Assembly: GCA_041611735.1 (NCBI GenBank)
Contig: JBFIML010000037.1
Coordinates: forward strand, 1 to 43,998
Source of the DNA: Myxococcota bacterium
Lineage (GTDB): Bacteria > Myxococcota_A > UBA9160 > PR03
DNA length: 43,998 nt
Direction: 5' to 3'
Below the pieces are notes generated by a model that saw only the letters and a program-made list of their open reading frames with translations, ran no database searches and was not told where the DNA came from. The number at the start of each line of letters is the position of its first letter. Within the stretch, counting starts at the first letter, position 1. Shown here one piece after another: positions 10,542-22,235 of the stretch. A program made the position numbers and the translations under genes.

Positions 10542-11012
10542 ATGGAGCTTCCCGATCCCCTGGCGGAGCGCCTGCTCGCCACCTGGCCGGTGGCGCGACT
10601 CGCGACCCGCCGGCCCGACGGCCGCCCCCACCTCGTGCCGATCGTGTTCGTGCACCACGAGGGCGCCCTCTGGACGCCGGTGGACGCCAAGCCGAAGCGC
10701 GGCGGCGAGCTCGCCCGGGTGCGCCACGTGCGCGCCGACCCTCGCGTGTGCCTGCTGCTCGATCACTATGCGACGGACTGGAACCGCCTCTGGTGGCTGC
10801 GCCTGGAGGGAGAGGCCTCGGTGCGCAACGCCGCGGAGCCCGAACGGGATGCCAGCTTCCGGGCGGTGGCGGCCGCCCTGCGCGAGAAGTACCCCCAGTA
10901 CCGGCGCGTTGCGGTCTTCCAGGGGGAGCCGACGCTCCTGCACGTGCGCGTGGCGCGGCGGGTGGGCTGGTGCGCCGGACCGGCGGTGCTGGCGGACCTG
11001 CAAGGCGCCTAG
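10542..11012 (+). CDS. PPOX-class, probably F420-dependent oxidoreductase (Rv0121/TIGR03668-like)
   Basis: VARLAT, PHLVPIVF, VDAKPK, LLLDHYATDWNRLWWLR, LREKYPQY. Confidence 0.85.
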   Translation: MELPDPLAERLLATWPVARLATRRPDGRPHLVPIVFVHHEGALWTPVDAKPKRGGELARVRHVRADPRVCLLLDHYATDWNRLWWLRLEGEASVRNAAEPERDASFRAVAAALREKYPQYRRVAVFQGEPTLLHVRVARRVGWCAGPAVLADLQGA

Positions 11013-11407
11013 CGTCGACGGGAGCTCGGCGTCCGGGGCCCGGCGCGCCGTCCGCGCCCGGACTTCGCCGAGGGCTCGACGCCCACGCGCGGGTCCTCGG
11101 CCGCTGCCGCGTCGGCCAGCGCCGTAGCCGTCTCCTCGAAGGCGTCGTCGGCCTCGGGCAGGTAGAGCCACTTGCCGAGCACGGGATGGGGCGCGAGAGC
11201 CGGGTGGTCGCGGTGCAGCGCCGCGTGGTGCGCCCGCTCCGTGGGCACCAGCAGCCCCTGCCAGGGCTCGCGGCCGCGGGCGCACAGCACCAGCACCAGG
11301 CGGCCGCGCAGATAGATGCCGCGCGCGCCGAACATGGCGCGCTCCACGTACGAGGGTTCCTCGCGCAGCGGATCCACGATCCAGCCCAGGGGATGGGAGC
11401 GCGCCAT
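11009..11407 (-). CDS. TfoX-like hypothetical protein
   Basis: From ATG 11407: RAMFGARGIYLRGRLVLVL...EPWQGLLVPT...HPVLGKWLYLPE; the MFG motif resembles the TfoX N-domain. Confidence 0.7.
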   Translation of the reverse strand: MARSHPLGWIVDPLREEPSYVERAMFGARGIYLRGRLVLVLCARGREPWQGLLVPTERAHHAALHRDHPALAPHPVLGKWLYLPEADDAFEETATALADAAAAEDPRVGVEPSAKSGRGRRAGPRTPSSRRR

Positions 11408-11461
11408 GACGAGCAGAAGTCTAGCCGGGCCCCGGCTCCCCTCTGCTATCTTTCCGCCCCG

Positions 11462-13164
11462 ATGACCGAGGACACGGGCTTCTTCCAGGACCCGCCGCGC
11501 CTGGCCAATCAGTACCGGGACGACCCGCTGCTGCAGAGCCATCTGCGGCGCGTGCTCCCGCCGGAGGTGCACGCGGCGGTGGAGTCGAGTCTGGACCGCA
11601 TGGGCGGACTCGCGGCGGGCCGGCTCCATGAGCTGGCTACCGCATGCCGAGGAGCGGAGCCCGAGCACCTGGCCTTCGACGCCTGGGGCCGCCGGGTGGA
11701 CCAGGTGACCGTGAACGAGGCGTGGCGCGAGTGCGCCCGGGTCGCCGCCGAGGAGGGGCTGGTGGCGATCCCCTACGAGCGCAGCCACGGCCGCTTCTCC
11801 CGCATCCACCAGTTCGCCCTGGTCTACCTGTTCGACCGCTCCAGCCAGGTCTACACCTGTCCGCTGGCCATGACCGACGGATGCGCCCGCACCCTCGAGG
11901 TGCTGGCGTCGAAGGCGCTCCGGGAGCGTGTGCTGCCGCGTCTGGTGTCCCGCGATGTCCAGCGGGTCTGGACATCGGGCCAGTGGATGACCGAGCGCGT
12001 GGGCGGCTCCGACGTGGGCCTCTGCGAGACCGTGGCGCGCCGCACCGCCGAGGGCTGGCGGCTGTGGGGCACCAAGTGGTTCACGTCCGCCGTGACCTCC
12101 GAGGTGGCTCTCACCCTGGCGCGGCCCGAGGGCAACGGCCCCGGCGGCAAGGGGCTCGCGCTCTTCTTCGTGCCGGTGCGCGACGAGGCCGGACACCCGA
12201 ACGGGGTCCGCGTGCTGCGCCTCAAGGAGAAGCTCGGCACCCGCAACCTGCCCACCGCCGAGCTCGCCCTGGAGGGGACGCTGGCCGAGCCGGTGGCGGG
12301 CCTGGCGGACGGCGTGCGCGACATGGGCACCATGCTCAACCTGACGCGCACCTGGAACGCGGTGTGCTCGGCAGCCCACGTGCGCCGCGGCCTGGCCCTG
12401 GCGCGGGACTACGCGCGGCAGCGCGTCGCCTTCGGGGCGACCCTGGCCGAGAAGCCGCTCCATCTGGACACGCTCGCCGATCTGGCCGCCGTGCAGGAGG
12501 CGAGCTTCCTGCTGGCCTTCCATCTGGTGGAGCAGATCGGTCGCGAGGAGGCCGGCGAGCTCGACGACACCGGACAGGCGGCCCTGCGCCTGCTGACCCC
12601 GCTGGTCAAGCTCGCCACGGCGCGCCAGGCGGTGGCCGGTGCCAGCGAGACCCTGGAGGCCTTCGGCGGGGCCGGCTACGTGGAGGACACGAACCTTCCG
12701 GTGCTGCTGCGCGACGCCCAGGTGCTCCCCATCTGGGAGGGCACCACCAACGTGCTCGCCCTGGAGGTCTACCGGGCCATCCACCGCGCCGACGCCCTGC
12801 GGCCCGTCCTGGCGGATCTCGAGGCGCGCGCCGCCGCCGCCCGGGACGAGCGGCTGCTCGAGCCCGCCCGGGTGGCCCGCGACGCCGCCCGGCGCGCCGC
12901 CGAGTGGTGGGCGGCCGCCGGGGCCCGGGGCGCCTGGGCCCACGAGGCCGCTGCCCGACGCTTCGCCATGACCCTCGGGCGCACCCTGGCCCTGGCCCTG
13001 CTGGTCCAGCACGCCCAGTGGGGCCTGGACTACGAGCAGGACGTCCGCAGCGTGGAGGCCGCGCGCCGCTTCGCCCGCGCCGGCGTGGACTTCCTCGCCG
13101 CGCCGGACCCGGACCCCGAAGCCACGGCGCGGCTCGCCCTGGGCGAGGAGCCGGCGAGCCCCTG

Positions 13165-13165
<1 letters not shown>
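11462..13165 (+). CDS. Acyl-CoA dehydrogenase family protein (AidB/ACDH-11-like)
   Basis: From ATG 11462: FDAWGRRVD, CPLAMTDG, SGQWMTERVGGSDV, GTKWFTS, RLKEKLGT, EAFGGAGYVE, DAQVLPIWEGTTNV. Confidence 0.92.
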
Positions 13166-14838
<1,673 letters not shown>

Positions 14839-14863
14839 CGAGGGCCTGCCCGTCCCCCGGTGG

Positions 14864-16099
<1,236 letters not shown>

Positions 16100-16139
16100 G
16101 GCGCCCGAGCATAGCCCGGACGCAGCAGCCGTGGCGCGC

Positions 16140-16322
16140 TCAGCGCACCCGCGTCGTGACGGCGGGACGGTAGGCGGGCGCCTCGTTCACGAGCAGCAGC
16201 TCGCCCGAATCGTCCGTATCCAGGCAGCGGGGGCAGATCGAGCTCGGCTCGAGGGGGCTCTCCGCGGCGTGGAGCTCGGAGCACAGCAGGCACTTCATCA
16301 AGTGGACCGCGTTCGTGTGCAT
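16140..16322 (-). CDS. Small hypothetical zinc-ribbon protein (60 aa)
   Basis: CLLC...CPRC pair; AGGGG immediately upstream of the ATG; fills the gap between two co-oriented genes. Confidence 0.55.
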   Translation of the reverse strand: MHTNAVHLMKCLLCSELHAAESPLEPSSICPRCLDTDDSGELLLVNEAPAYRPAVTTRVR

Positions 16323-16367
16323 GCCCCTGAGTGCCCGGCCGGGCCGGGTGGGTGACGCAGACGGCGC

Positions 16368-17984
16368 TCAGACGGGCTGCGGGTCCAGGAGCACGCCCGG
16401 ATTCAGGACCCCGGCCGGGTCCAGGGCCCGCTTGGCGGCCGCCAGGGCCCGGGCGAAGCCCTCGGGCCGCTGCCGGTCGTAGCCCGGCCGGTGGTCGCGG
16501 CCCACGGCGTGGTGATGGGTGATGGTGCCGCCGAGCCGCACCACCACCTCGCTGGCCGCGGCCTTGATCTCGTCCCATTGGGCGAGCTCGGCCCCGCGCC
16601 GGGCCGGGGCGAGGACCGTGTAGTAGGGTGCCGGCCCGTCCGGGTACGCGTGGGTGAAACGGCAGGCCAGCGTGCCGGCGCCGCAGACGCGCCGGATGGC
16701 GTCCTCCAGGGCGGCGCTCACGCCGGCGTGGAAGTCCGGGAAGGCGTTCCAGGGGATCGCCGTCTCGAAGGTCTCGGAGATCACGCCCAGGGAGACCATG
16801 GCGTCGCGCAGGTAGGGAGCCGCCAGGAAGGCCTTGCGCCAGGCGCCGGCGGCTCCTTCCCGGCCGGCCCCGGCCTCGCGGCGCGTCCCGGCCTCCGCGG
16901 GCGCGTGCCCCCCGGCGTCCCGGCACAGCTCGAGCGCCCGCGCCATCCAGGCATCGAGGGGGTGATCCGCGGACTCGAAGCCCACCAGCAGCACGGCCTC
17001 GTCGCCGGACCCGGCGCCGGAGTGGGCCGCCTCCCGGGCGTCCAGCAGGCGGCAGTTGGCCGGGTGCAGCCCGGACTGGGCCAGCCGGCGCACCGCCTCG
17101 GCCCCCTGGAGGAAGCCCTCCTTGCCCGGGAAGCGCACTGCCGCCGAGGCCCGGAAGCCGGGCCGGTCCTGGAGCCGCAGCCACGCCTCCACGATCACGC
17201 CGAGGATGCCCTCGGAGCCCAGGAAGAGGCGGTCCGGGCTCGGGCCCGCCCCGGAGCCGGGCAGCCGCCGGCTCTCCACCACTCCCGTCGGCGTCACCAC
17301 GCGCAGCGACTCCACGAAGTCGTCGATGTGCGTGTAGAGGGTCGCGTAGTGCCCCCCCGAGCGGGTGGCGAGCCAGCCACCCACGGAGGAGAACTCGAAG
17401 GACTGTGGGAAGTGGCGCAGGGTGAGGCCGTGGGGACGCAGGGCGTCCTCGAGCGCCGGGCCGAGCGTTCCCGCCCGCACGCGCGCCGCGCGCGAGGCGC
17501 GATCGATCTCGAGCACCCCCTCGAGCCGCGAGAGGTCGAGGCACACCGCACCGCGCCAGGCGTCGCCCACCCGGGGCTCGACGCCGCCCACCACGCTCGA
17601 GCCTCCACCGTAGGGGACCACGGCGATGCGCTCGCTCCCGCACCAGTCGAGTACGGCCGCCACCTCGGCCTCGTCGCGGGGGAAGGCCACCTGGTCCGGC
17701 GGGTGCTCGAAGCGGCGCTCGAAGGCCCGCACCACGTCCCGATAGGCCTTTCCGTAGCTGTGGGCGGCGCGGTCGTACGCCTGGTCGGAGCAGATCGGCG
17801 CCAGGGCGCCCGGCGGGGTCACGCGGGGCCCGGGCAGGGCGATCTCGTCCAGGCGCGGCGGCGCCTGGGGCTCCAGGGCCATGCCGAAGCGCTCGCCCAG
17901 GACGCGCGCCAGGCCCCGCATCTGCTCGGGCGTGGGGCCCGCCTCCTCGAGCCCCCAGCCCCAGAAGCGCCGTCGTCCGGCCAC
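16368..17984 (-). CDS. FAD-binding oxidoreductase, alkylglycerone-phosphate synthase (AgpS)-like
   Basis: From GTG 17984: RFWGWG, VPYGGGSSVVGG, RHFPQSFEFSSVGGWLATRSGGH, GSEGILGVI, GGTITHHHAVG (AGPS-type HHH motif). Confidence 0.88.
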   Translation of the reverse strand: MAGRRRFWGWGLEEAGPTPEQMRGLARVLGERFGMALEPQAPPRLDEIALPGPRVTPPGALAPICSDQAYDRAAHSYGKAYRDVVRAFERRFEHPPDQVAFPRDEAEVAAVLDWCGSERIAVVPYGGGSSVVGGVEPRVGDAWRGAVCLDLSRLEGVLEIDRASRAARVRAGTLGPALEDALRPHGLTLRHFPQSFEFSSVGGWLATRSGGHYATLYTHIDDFVESLRVVTPTGVVESRRLPGSGAGPSPDRLFLGSEGILGVIVEAWLRLQDRPGFRASAAVRFPGKEGFLQGAEAVRRLAQSGLHPANCRLLDAREAAHSGAGSGDEAVLLVGFESADHPLDAWMARALELCRDAGGHAPAEAGTRREAGAGREGAAGAWRKAFLAAPYLRDAMVSLGVISETFETAIPWNAFPDFHAGVSAALEDAIRRVCGAGTLACRFTHAYPDGPAPYYTVLAPARRGAELAQWDEIKAAASEVVVRLGGTITHHHAVGRDHRPGYDRQRPEGFARALAAAKRALDPAGVLNPGVLLDPQPV

Positions 17985-17989
17985 CGCGG

Positions 17990-18877
17990 CTAGGCGCCGC
18001 CGCCCGGCGCCAGGCGCTCGAGCAGGGCGAGGTCGGGACCCGGCACCCCGTCGGCGCGCAGCGGCTGGATGCAGACGTGGTTTGCGCCGGCGTCGTAGTG
18101 GGCCTGGATGCGGCGGCGCAGGGCGTCTTCGTCGCCCCAGGCCACGATCGCGTCCACCAGCCGATCGCTGCCCCCGTCGCTGAAGTCCGCGTCCCCGTAG
18201 CCCAGCCAGCGCAGGTTGTTCTGGTAGTTGGGGAGGCCCAGGTAGATCTTCATGTTGGCGCGGGCCACGCGCCGGGCATCGGCGGGGTCCGTGGCCAGCA
18301 GCACCATCTGCTCCGGGGCCAGCCAGGGATCCGGACCCAGGATCTGGCGGGCCCGCGCGGTGTGCTCCGGGGGCACGAAGTAGGGGTGCGCGCCCTGGGT
18401 GCGCTCGCCCGCTAGCCGCAGCATGCGTTCGCGCAGGGCGCCCAGCACCACGGGCGGCTCTTCCACGCTCTCCGCAGCGCGGAACAGCGCCTTGTCCATG
18501 GCCTCCAGGTAGGCCCGCATGGTGGAGACGGGCTTTCCGTACTCGTGGCCCCGAACACCCCTCACCAGGTGGGCGTGGGAGACGCCGAGCCCCAGCACGA
18601 AGCGGCCGCCCGAGAGCTCGCCCAGTGTGCGGCGCAGGGCGTTGGTGGTCATCGGGTCGCGGGCGTAGACGTTGGCGATGCCGGTGGCGAAGACCAGCCG
18701 CCGCGTATGCGCCGCCAGGAAGGCGATCAGGGCGAAGGGGTCGCGGCCCACGGCCTCGGGCAGCCAGAGCGCCGAGTAGCCCCAGCCTTCCAGGCGGCGG
18801 GCGAAGTCCGCGCACTGGGGGGCCGTCAGGCCGTCGATCCAGGTCCAGACGCCGAGCCGCCCCAGGCTCGTGCCCAT
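17990..18877 (-). CDS. LLM class oxidoreductase, probably F420-dependent (TIGR03620-like)
   Basis: From ATG 18877: ATGIANVYARD, GRFVLGLGVSH, GAHPYFVPPEHTARAR, LAPEQMV, LPNYQNNL, AGANHVCIQ; GGAGG RBS. Confidence 0.9.
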   Translation of the reverse strand: MGTSLGRLGVWTWIDGLTAPQCADFARRLEGWGYSALWLPEAVGRDPFALIAFLAAHTRRLVFATGIANVYARDPMTTNALRRTLGELSGGRFVLGLGVSHAHLVRGVRGHEYGKPVSTMRAYLEAMDKALFRAAESVEEPPVVLGALRERMLRLAGERTQGAHPYFVPPEHTARARQILGPDPWLAPEQMVLLATDPADARRVARANMKIYLGLPNYQNNLRWLGYGDADFSDGGSDRLVDAIVAWGDEDALRRRIQAHYDAGANHVCIQPLRADGVPGPDLALLERLAPGGGA

Positions 18878-18924
18878 GGGCCGTCCTCCACGGTGGGGCG
18901 GCCAGGGTATCGCAACCGGCTCGT

Positions 18925-19428
18925 CTAGTGACGTGGCTCCGACGTGCCGTGCTCGTGGCCGCCGCCGGCCGGCGGCTCCATCCAGACGGAGGCGGCGCCG
19001 TGCACGTAGACCAGGCGCCCGCCCAGGTGGCCCGCCTGCAGCGCTGCGGCCAGCACGGCCAGGGAGAGCGCCAGGGTGAGCCAGCGCGCCGTGGCGCCCG
19101 CCCGGGCCCGCAGCCCCGCGCCTGCGAGGCTCGCCACGAGCCCCGCCGCCGCCAGCCAGAGCACGCGCTCGCCTGCCTCCTCGTGCGCCTCCACGAGATC
19201 GTGCCCGACCCGCTCCTCGACCCGGTCGTGGTCGCTCTCGCCGGTCTCGACGGCCACGAGCGCCCCGCCCGCCAGCAGCGCCGCCAGCGCCACCACGCCC
19301 CACCAGGCCCGGGCCGGGAGCCATCCCACCCGCAGTGCCAGCAGCACGGCGACGCAGGCCAGGGGCCATACCCCGGCCAGGCCGAGCGGCAGGTGCACCG
19401 CCACCGGATGCCAGGGAAGCCCTTCCAC
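18925..19428 (-). CDS. DUF2231-like membrane protein (His-rich, possibly heme-binding)
   Basis: WHPVAVHLPLGL, AVETGE, HEEAG, GHLGGRLVYVHG; about four TM helices. Confidence 0.75.
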   Translation of the reverse strand: MEGLPWHPVAVHLPLGLAGVWPLACVAVLLALRVGWLPARAWWGVVALAALLAGGALVAVETGESDHDRVEERVGHDLVEAHEEAGERVLWLAAAGLVASLAGAGLRARAGATARWLTLALSLAVLAAALQAGHLGGRLVYVHGAASVWMEPPAGGGHEHGTSEPRH

Positions 19429-19432
19429 CGCC

Positions 19433-20911
19433 CTACCTCCAGCGCGGGAACGCCCCGGCCCGCAGCCGCTCCCAGTAGTCGTCGAGATCGCGCTTCACGC
19501 GACCGGACAGCAGCACCACCCCGATCAGGTTGGGGAACGCCATGCCGAGGATCATCAGATCCGAGAACTCCACCACCGGCTCCAGGGCGAACACGGCTCC
19601 CAGCCACACGAAGAGCAGGAAGATCGCCTTGTAGAGCCCGATCCATCCCACCCCGAACAGCCGCGCCCAGCACTGCTCCCCGTAGTAGCTCCAGGAGATC
19701 ATGGTGCTGAAGGCGAACAGCGTCGCGATGAAGGAAAGCACCAGCGGGAACCAGGGAAACACCGTGGCGAAGGCGGCGGAGGTCATGGCGATGCCGCTCA
19801 GCCCCGGCTCCCGCCACACGCCCGTCACCACCAGCACGAGACCCGTGGTGGCGCACACGATCAGCGTGTCCACGAAGGGCTCCAACAGCGCCACCACTCC
19901 CTCCCGGATCGGTTCCTCCGTAGAGGCGGCGGAGTGGGCGATCGCCGCCGATCCGATCCCCGCCTCGTTGCTGAAGGCGGCGCGCCGGAAGCCCTGCATC
20001 ATGACCCCCACCAGCCCGCCCCCCACCGCCGTCGGGTGGAAGGCCTGGGAGACGAGCGTGCGGACCGCTTCCCCCAGCAGCGCGGCGTGCAACGTCAGGA
20101 TCAGCAGCCCCGACGCCACGTAGAGCACGCACATGAAGGGCACCAGCACGCTTGCCACCTCGCCGATGCGGCGGATTCCGCCCACGATCACGAGGCCCAC
20201 GGCGCAGGCCATCCCCAGGCCGAAGAGGATCGCGCCCGGCCGCTCCGCTACCCAGGGCCAGTGGGGGCCCGCCACCGACGCGAGCTGGGCGTAGGCCTGG
20301 TTGGCCTGGAACATGTTGCCGCCGCCCAGGCTCCCGCCGATGCACATGACCGCGAAGACCACGGCCAGCACGCGGCCGAGCCGCACCAGGCCGAGCTCCG
20401 CCAGGCCGTCCCGCAGGTAGTGCATGGGGCCGCCGGAGACGTGGCCGTCGCGGCGCACGATGCGGTAGCGCTGGCCCAGGGTGCACTCCGCGAACTTGGA
20501 GCTCATGCCCAGGGCGCCCGCCACGAGCATCCAGACCACGGCGCCGGGGCCGCCGAGACCGACGGCCACCGCCACCCCGGCGATGTTGCCGATCCCGACC
20601 GTGGCGGAGAGCGCCGCCGACAAGGCCTGGAAGTGGGAGATCTCTCCGGTCTCCCCGGGGCGGGTGTAGACGCCGCGCACGCAGTCCAGGCCGTGGCGGA
20701 AGCCGCGCACGTTCAAGAAGCCGAAGCGGAGCGTGAAGAAGGCGGCGGCGGAGACCAGCCACAGCACCACCAGCGGAACCTGGGTGCCGGCGTCCCCGGG
20801 CGCGTCCCAGAAGGCCACGTCGAAGAAGATCACCGCCGAGAGCGGCTCGACCAGGAAGCGCGCGAAGGCGGCCTCGAGCCCGTCCAGTACGCCGGAGCTC
20901 GCGCTCTGCAT
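19433..20911 (-). CDS. Alanine/glycine:cation symporter (AGCS family)
   Basis: GEISHFQALSAALSATVGIGNIAGVA, GGPGAVVWM, KFAECTL, GGPMHY, RAAFSNEAGIGSA, LEPFVDT, SWSYYGE; likely start ATG 20911. Confidence 0.93.
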   Translation of the reverse strand: MQSASSGVLDGLEAAFARFLVEPLSAVIFFDVAFWDAPGDAGTQVPLVVLWLVSAAAFFTLRFGFLNVRGFRHGLDCVRGVYTRPGETGEISHFQALSAALSATVGIGNIAGVAVAVGLGGPGAVVWMLVAGALGMSSKFAECTLGQRYRIVRRDGHVSGGPMHYLRDGLAELGLVRLGRVLAVVFAVMCIGGSLGGGNMFQANQAYAQLASVAGPHWPWVAERPGAILFGLGMACAVGLVIVGGIRRIGEVASVLVPFMCVLYVASGLLILTLHAALLGEAVRTLVSQAFHPTAVGGGLVGVMMQGFRRAAFSNEAGIGSAAIAHSAASTEEPIREGVVALLEPFVDTLIVCATTGLVLVVTGVWREPGLSGIAMTSAAFATVFPWFPLVLSFIATLFAFSTMISWSYYGEQCWARLFGVGWIGLYKAIFLLFVWLGAVFALEPVVEFSDLMILGMAFPNLIGVVLLSGRVKRDLDDYWERLRAGAFPRWR

Positions 20912-21019
20912 CTCGCCCCCCGACGGCGCGGTCGCGCCGCTGCGGCCCGGCGGGGAGGTGCCCCCGGGGCCCGGGCCGGGTAGCATACGGCTCCCATCGC
21001 AAGACGTGGAGGAATCCTG

Positions 21020-22219
21020 ATGCCGCGAGAAGCCTGGATCGTCGCCAGCAAGCGAACCCCCCTGGCCAAGTCGTTCCGGGGCTCGTTCAACATGACGCGC
21101 CCGGACGACCTGGCATCCCACGCCATCCAGGCGGCCCTGGCCGACGTGCCGGCGCTCGACCCGGCCGAGGTCGACGACGTGATCGTGGGCTGCGGCCTGC
21201 CCGAGGGACCGTCGGGGCACAACGTGGCGCGGGTGGCGCTGCTCGGGGCGGGGCTTCCCGAGACGATCCCCGGCACCACCGTGAACCGCTACTGCTCGTC
21301 GGGACTGCAGGCCATCGCCATGGCGGCCCACCGCGTGCTGGTGGACGGTTGCGACGTGGCGATTGGCGGCGGCACCGAGTCCATCACACTGGTGCAGAAC
21401 GACAAGCAGCGCATCGCGGACATGGTGAACGCGCGGGTCCAGAAGCTGTGGCCCGGTCTCTACTACGGCATGGGACAGACCGCCGAGGTCGTAGCCGAGC
21501 GCTACAAGATCTCGCGCAAGGACCAGGACGCCTACGCGCTCAAGTCCCAGCAGCGCGTGGCCCGGGGCCAGAAGCAGGGCTGGTTCGGCGAGGAGATCGT
21601 CCCCGTCACGGTGACGCGCGGCGTGAAGGACAAGGCTACGGGCGAGTTCAAGCTCGAGGAGGGCGTGGAGGTCCGGATGGACGAGTGCAACCGTCCCGAC
21701 ACGACCCTGGAGGGCCTGGCCTCGCTCAAGCCCGCCTTCAAGCCCGAGGGCGGGACCGTCACGGCCGGCAACGCCTCCCAGCTCTCGGACGGCGCCTCGG
21801 CCACCGTCGTCATGTCCTCGGAGCGGGCCAAGGCCCTCCAGATCGAGCCCCTGGGCATCTACCGGGGCTTCGAGGTGGCGGGCTGCAAGCCCGACGAGAT
21901 GGGCATCGGCCCGGTCTTCGCGGTGCCGAAGCTGCTCCAGAAGCGCGGCCTCACCCTCGAGGACATCGACGTGGTGGAGCTCAACGAGGCCTTCGCGGTG
22001 CAGGTGCTCTACTGCCAGCGCAAGCTCGGGATTCCCGACGAGAAGTTGAACCCCATGGGCGGCTCGGTCTCCATCGGGCACCCCTACGGGATGACGGGCT
22101 CGCGCCAGACGGGGCAGATCCTGCGCCACATGCGCCGCAACAAGCTGAAGCGCGCCATCGTGACCATGTGCATCGGCGGCGGCATGGGCGCGGCGGGGCT
22201 CTTCGAAGCCTGCTGGTAG
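21020..22219 (+). CDS. Thiolase (acetyl-CoA C-acyltransferase)
   Basis: NRYCSSGLQ (catalytic Cys), [43 protein letters not shown]. Confidence 0.95.
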   Translation: MPREAWIVASKRTPLAKSFRGSFNMTRPDDLASHAIQAALADVPALDPAEVDDVIVGCGLPEGPSGHNVARVALLGAGLPETIPGTTVNRYCSSGLQAIAMAAHRVLVDGCDVAIGGGTESITLVQNDKQRIADMVNARVQKLWPGLYYGMGQTAEVVAERYKISRKDQDAYALKSQQRVARGQKQGWFGEEIVPVTVTRGVKDKATGEFKLEEGVEVRMDECNRPDTTLEGLASLKPAFKPEGGTVTAGNASQLSDGASATVVMSSERAKALQIEPLGIYRGFEVAGCKPDEMGIGPVFAVPKLLQKRGLTLEDIDVVELNEAFAVQVLYCQRKLGIPDEKLNPMGGSVSIGHPYGMTGSRQTGQILRHMRRNKLKRAIVTMCIGGGMGAAGLFEACW

Positions 22220-22235
22220 GCGGGCGGCCGGCCCG

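Noticed and set aside
11009-11012. Convergent genes sharing a CTAG with TAG stops on both strands
   Set aside because: Common compact arrangement; no special significance evident.
20912-21019. Possible glycine riboswitch upstream of the alanine/glycine symporter
   Set aside because: Region is short, shared with the divergent thiolase promoter, and lacks recognisable glycine aptamer motifs.
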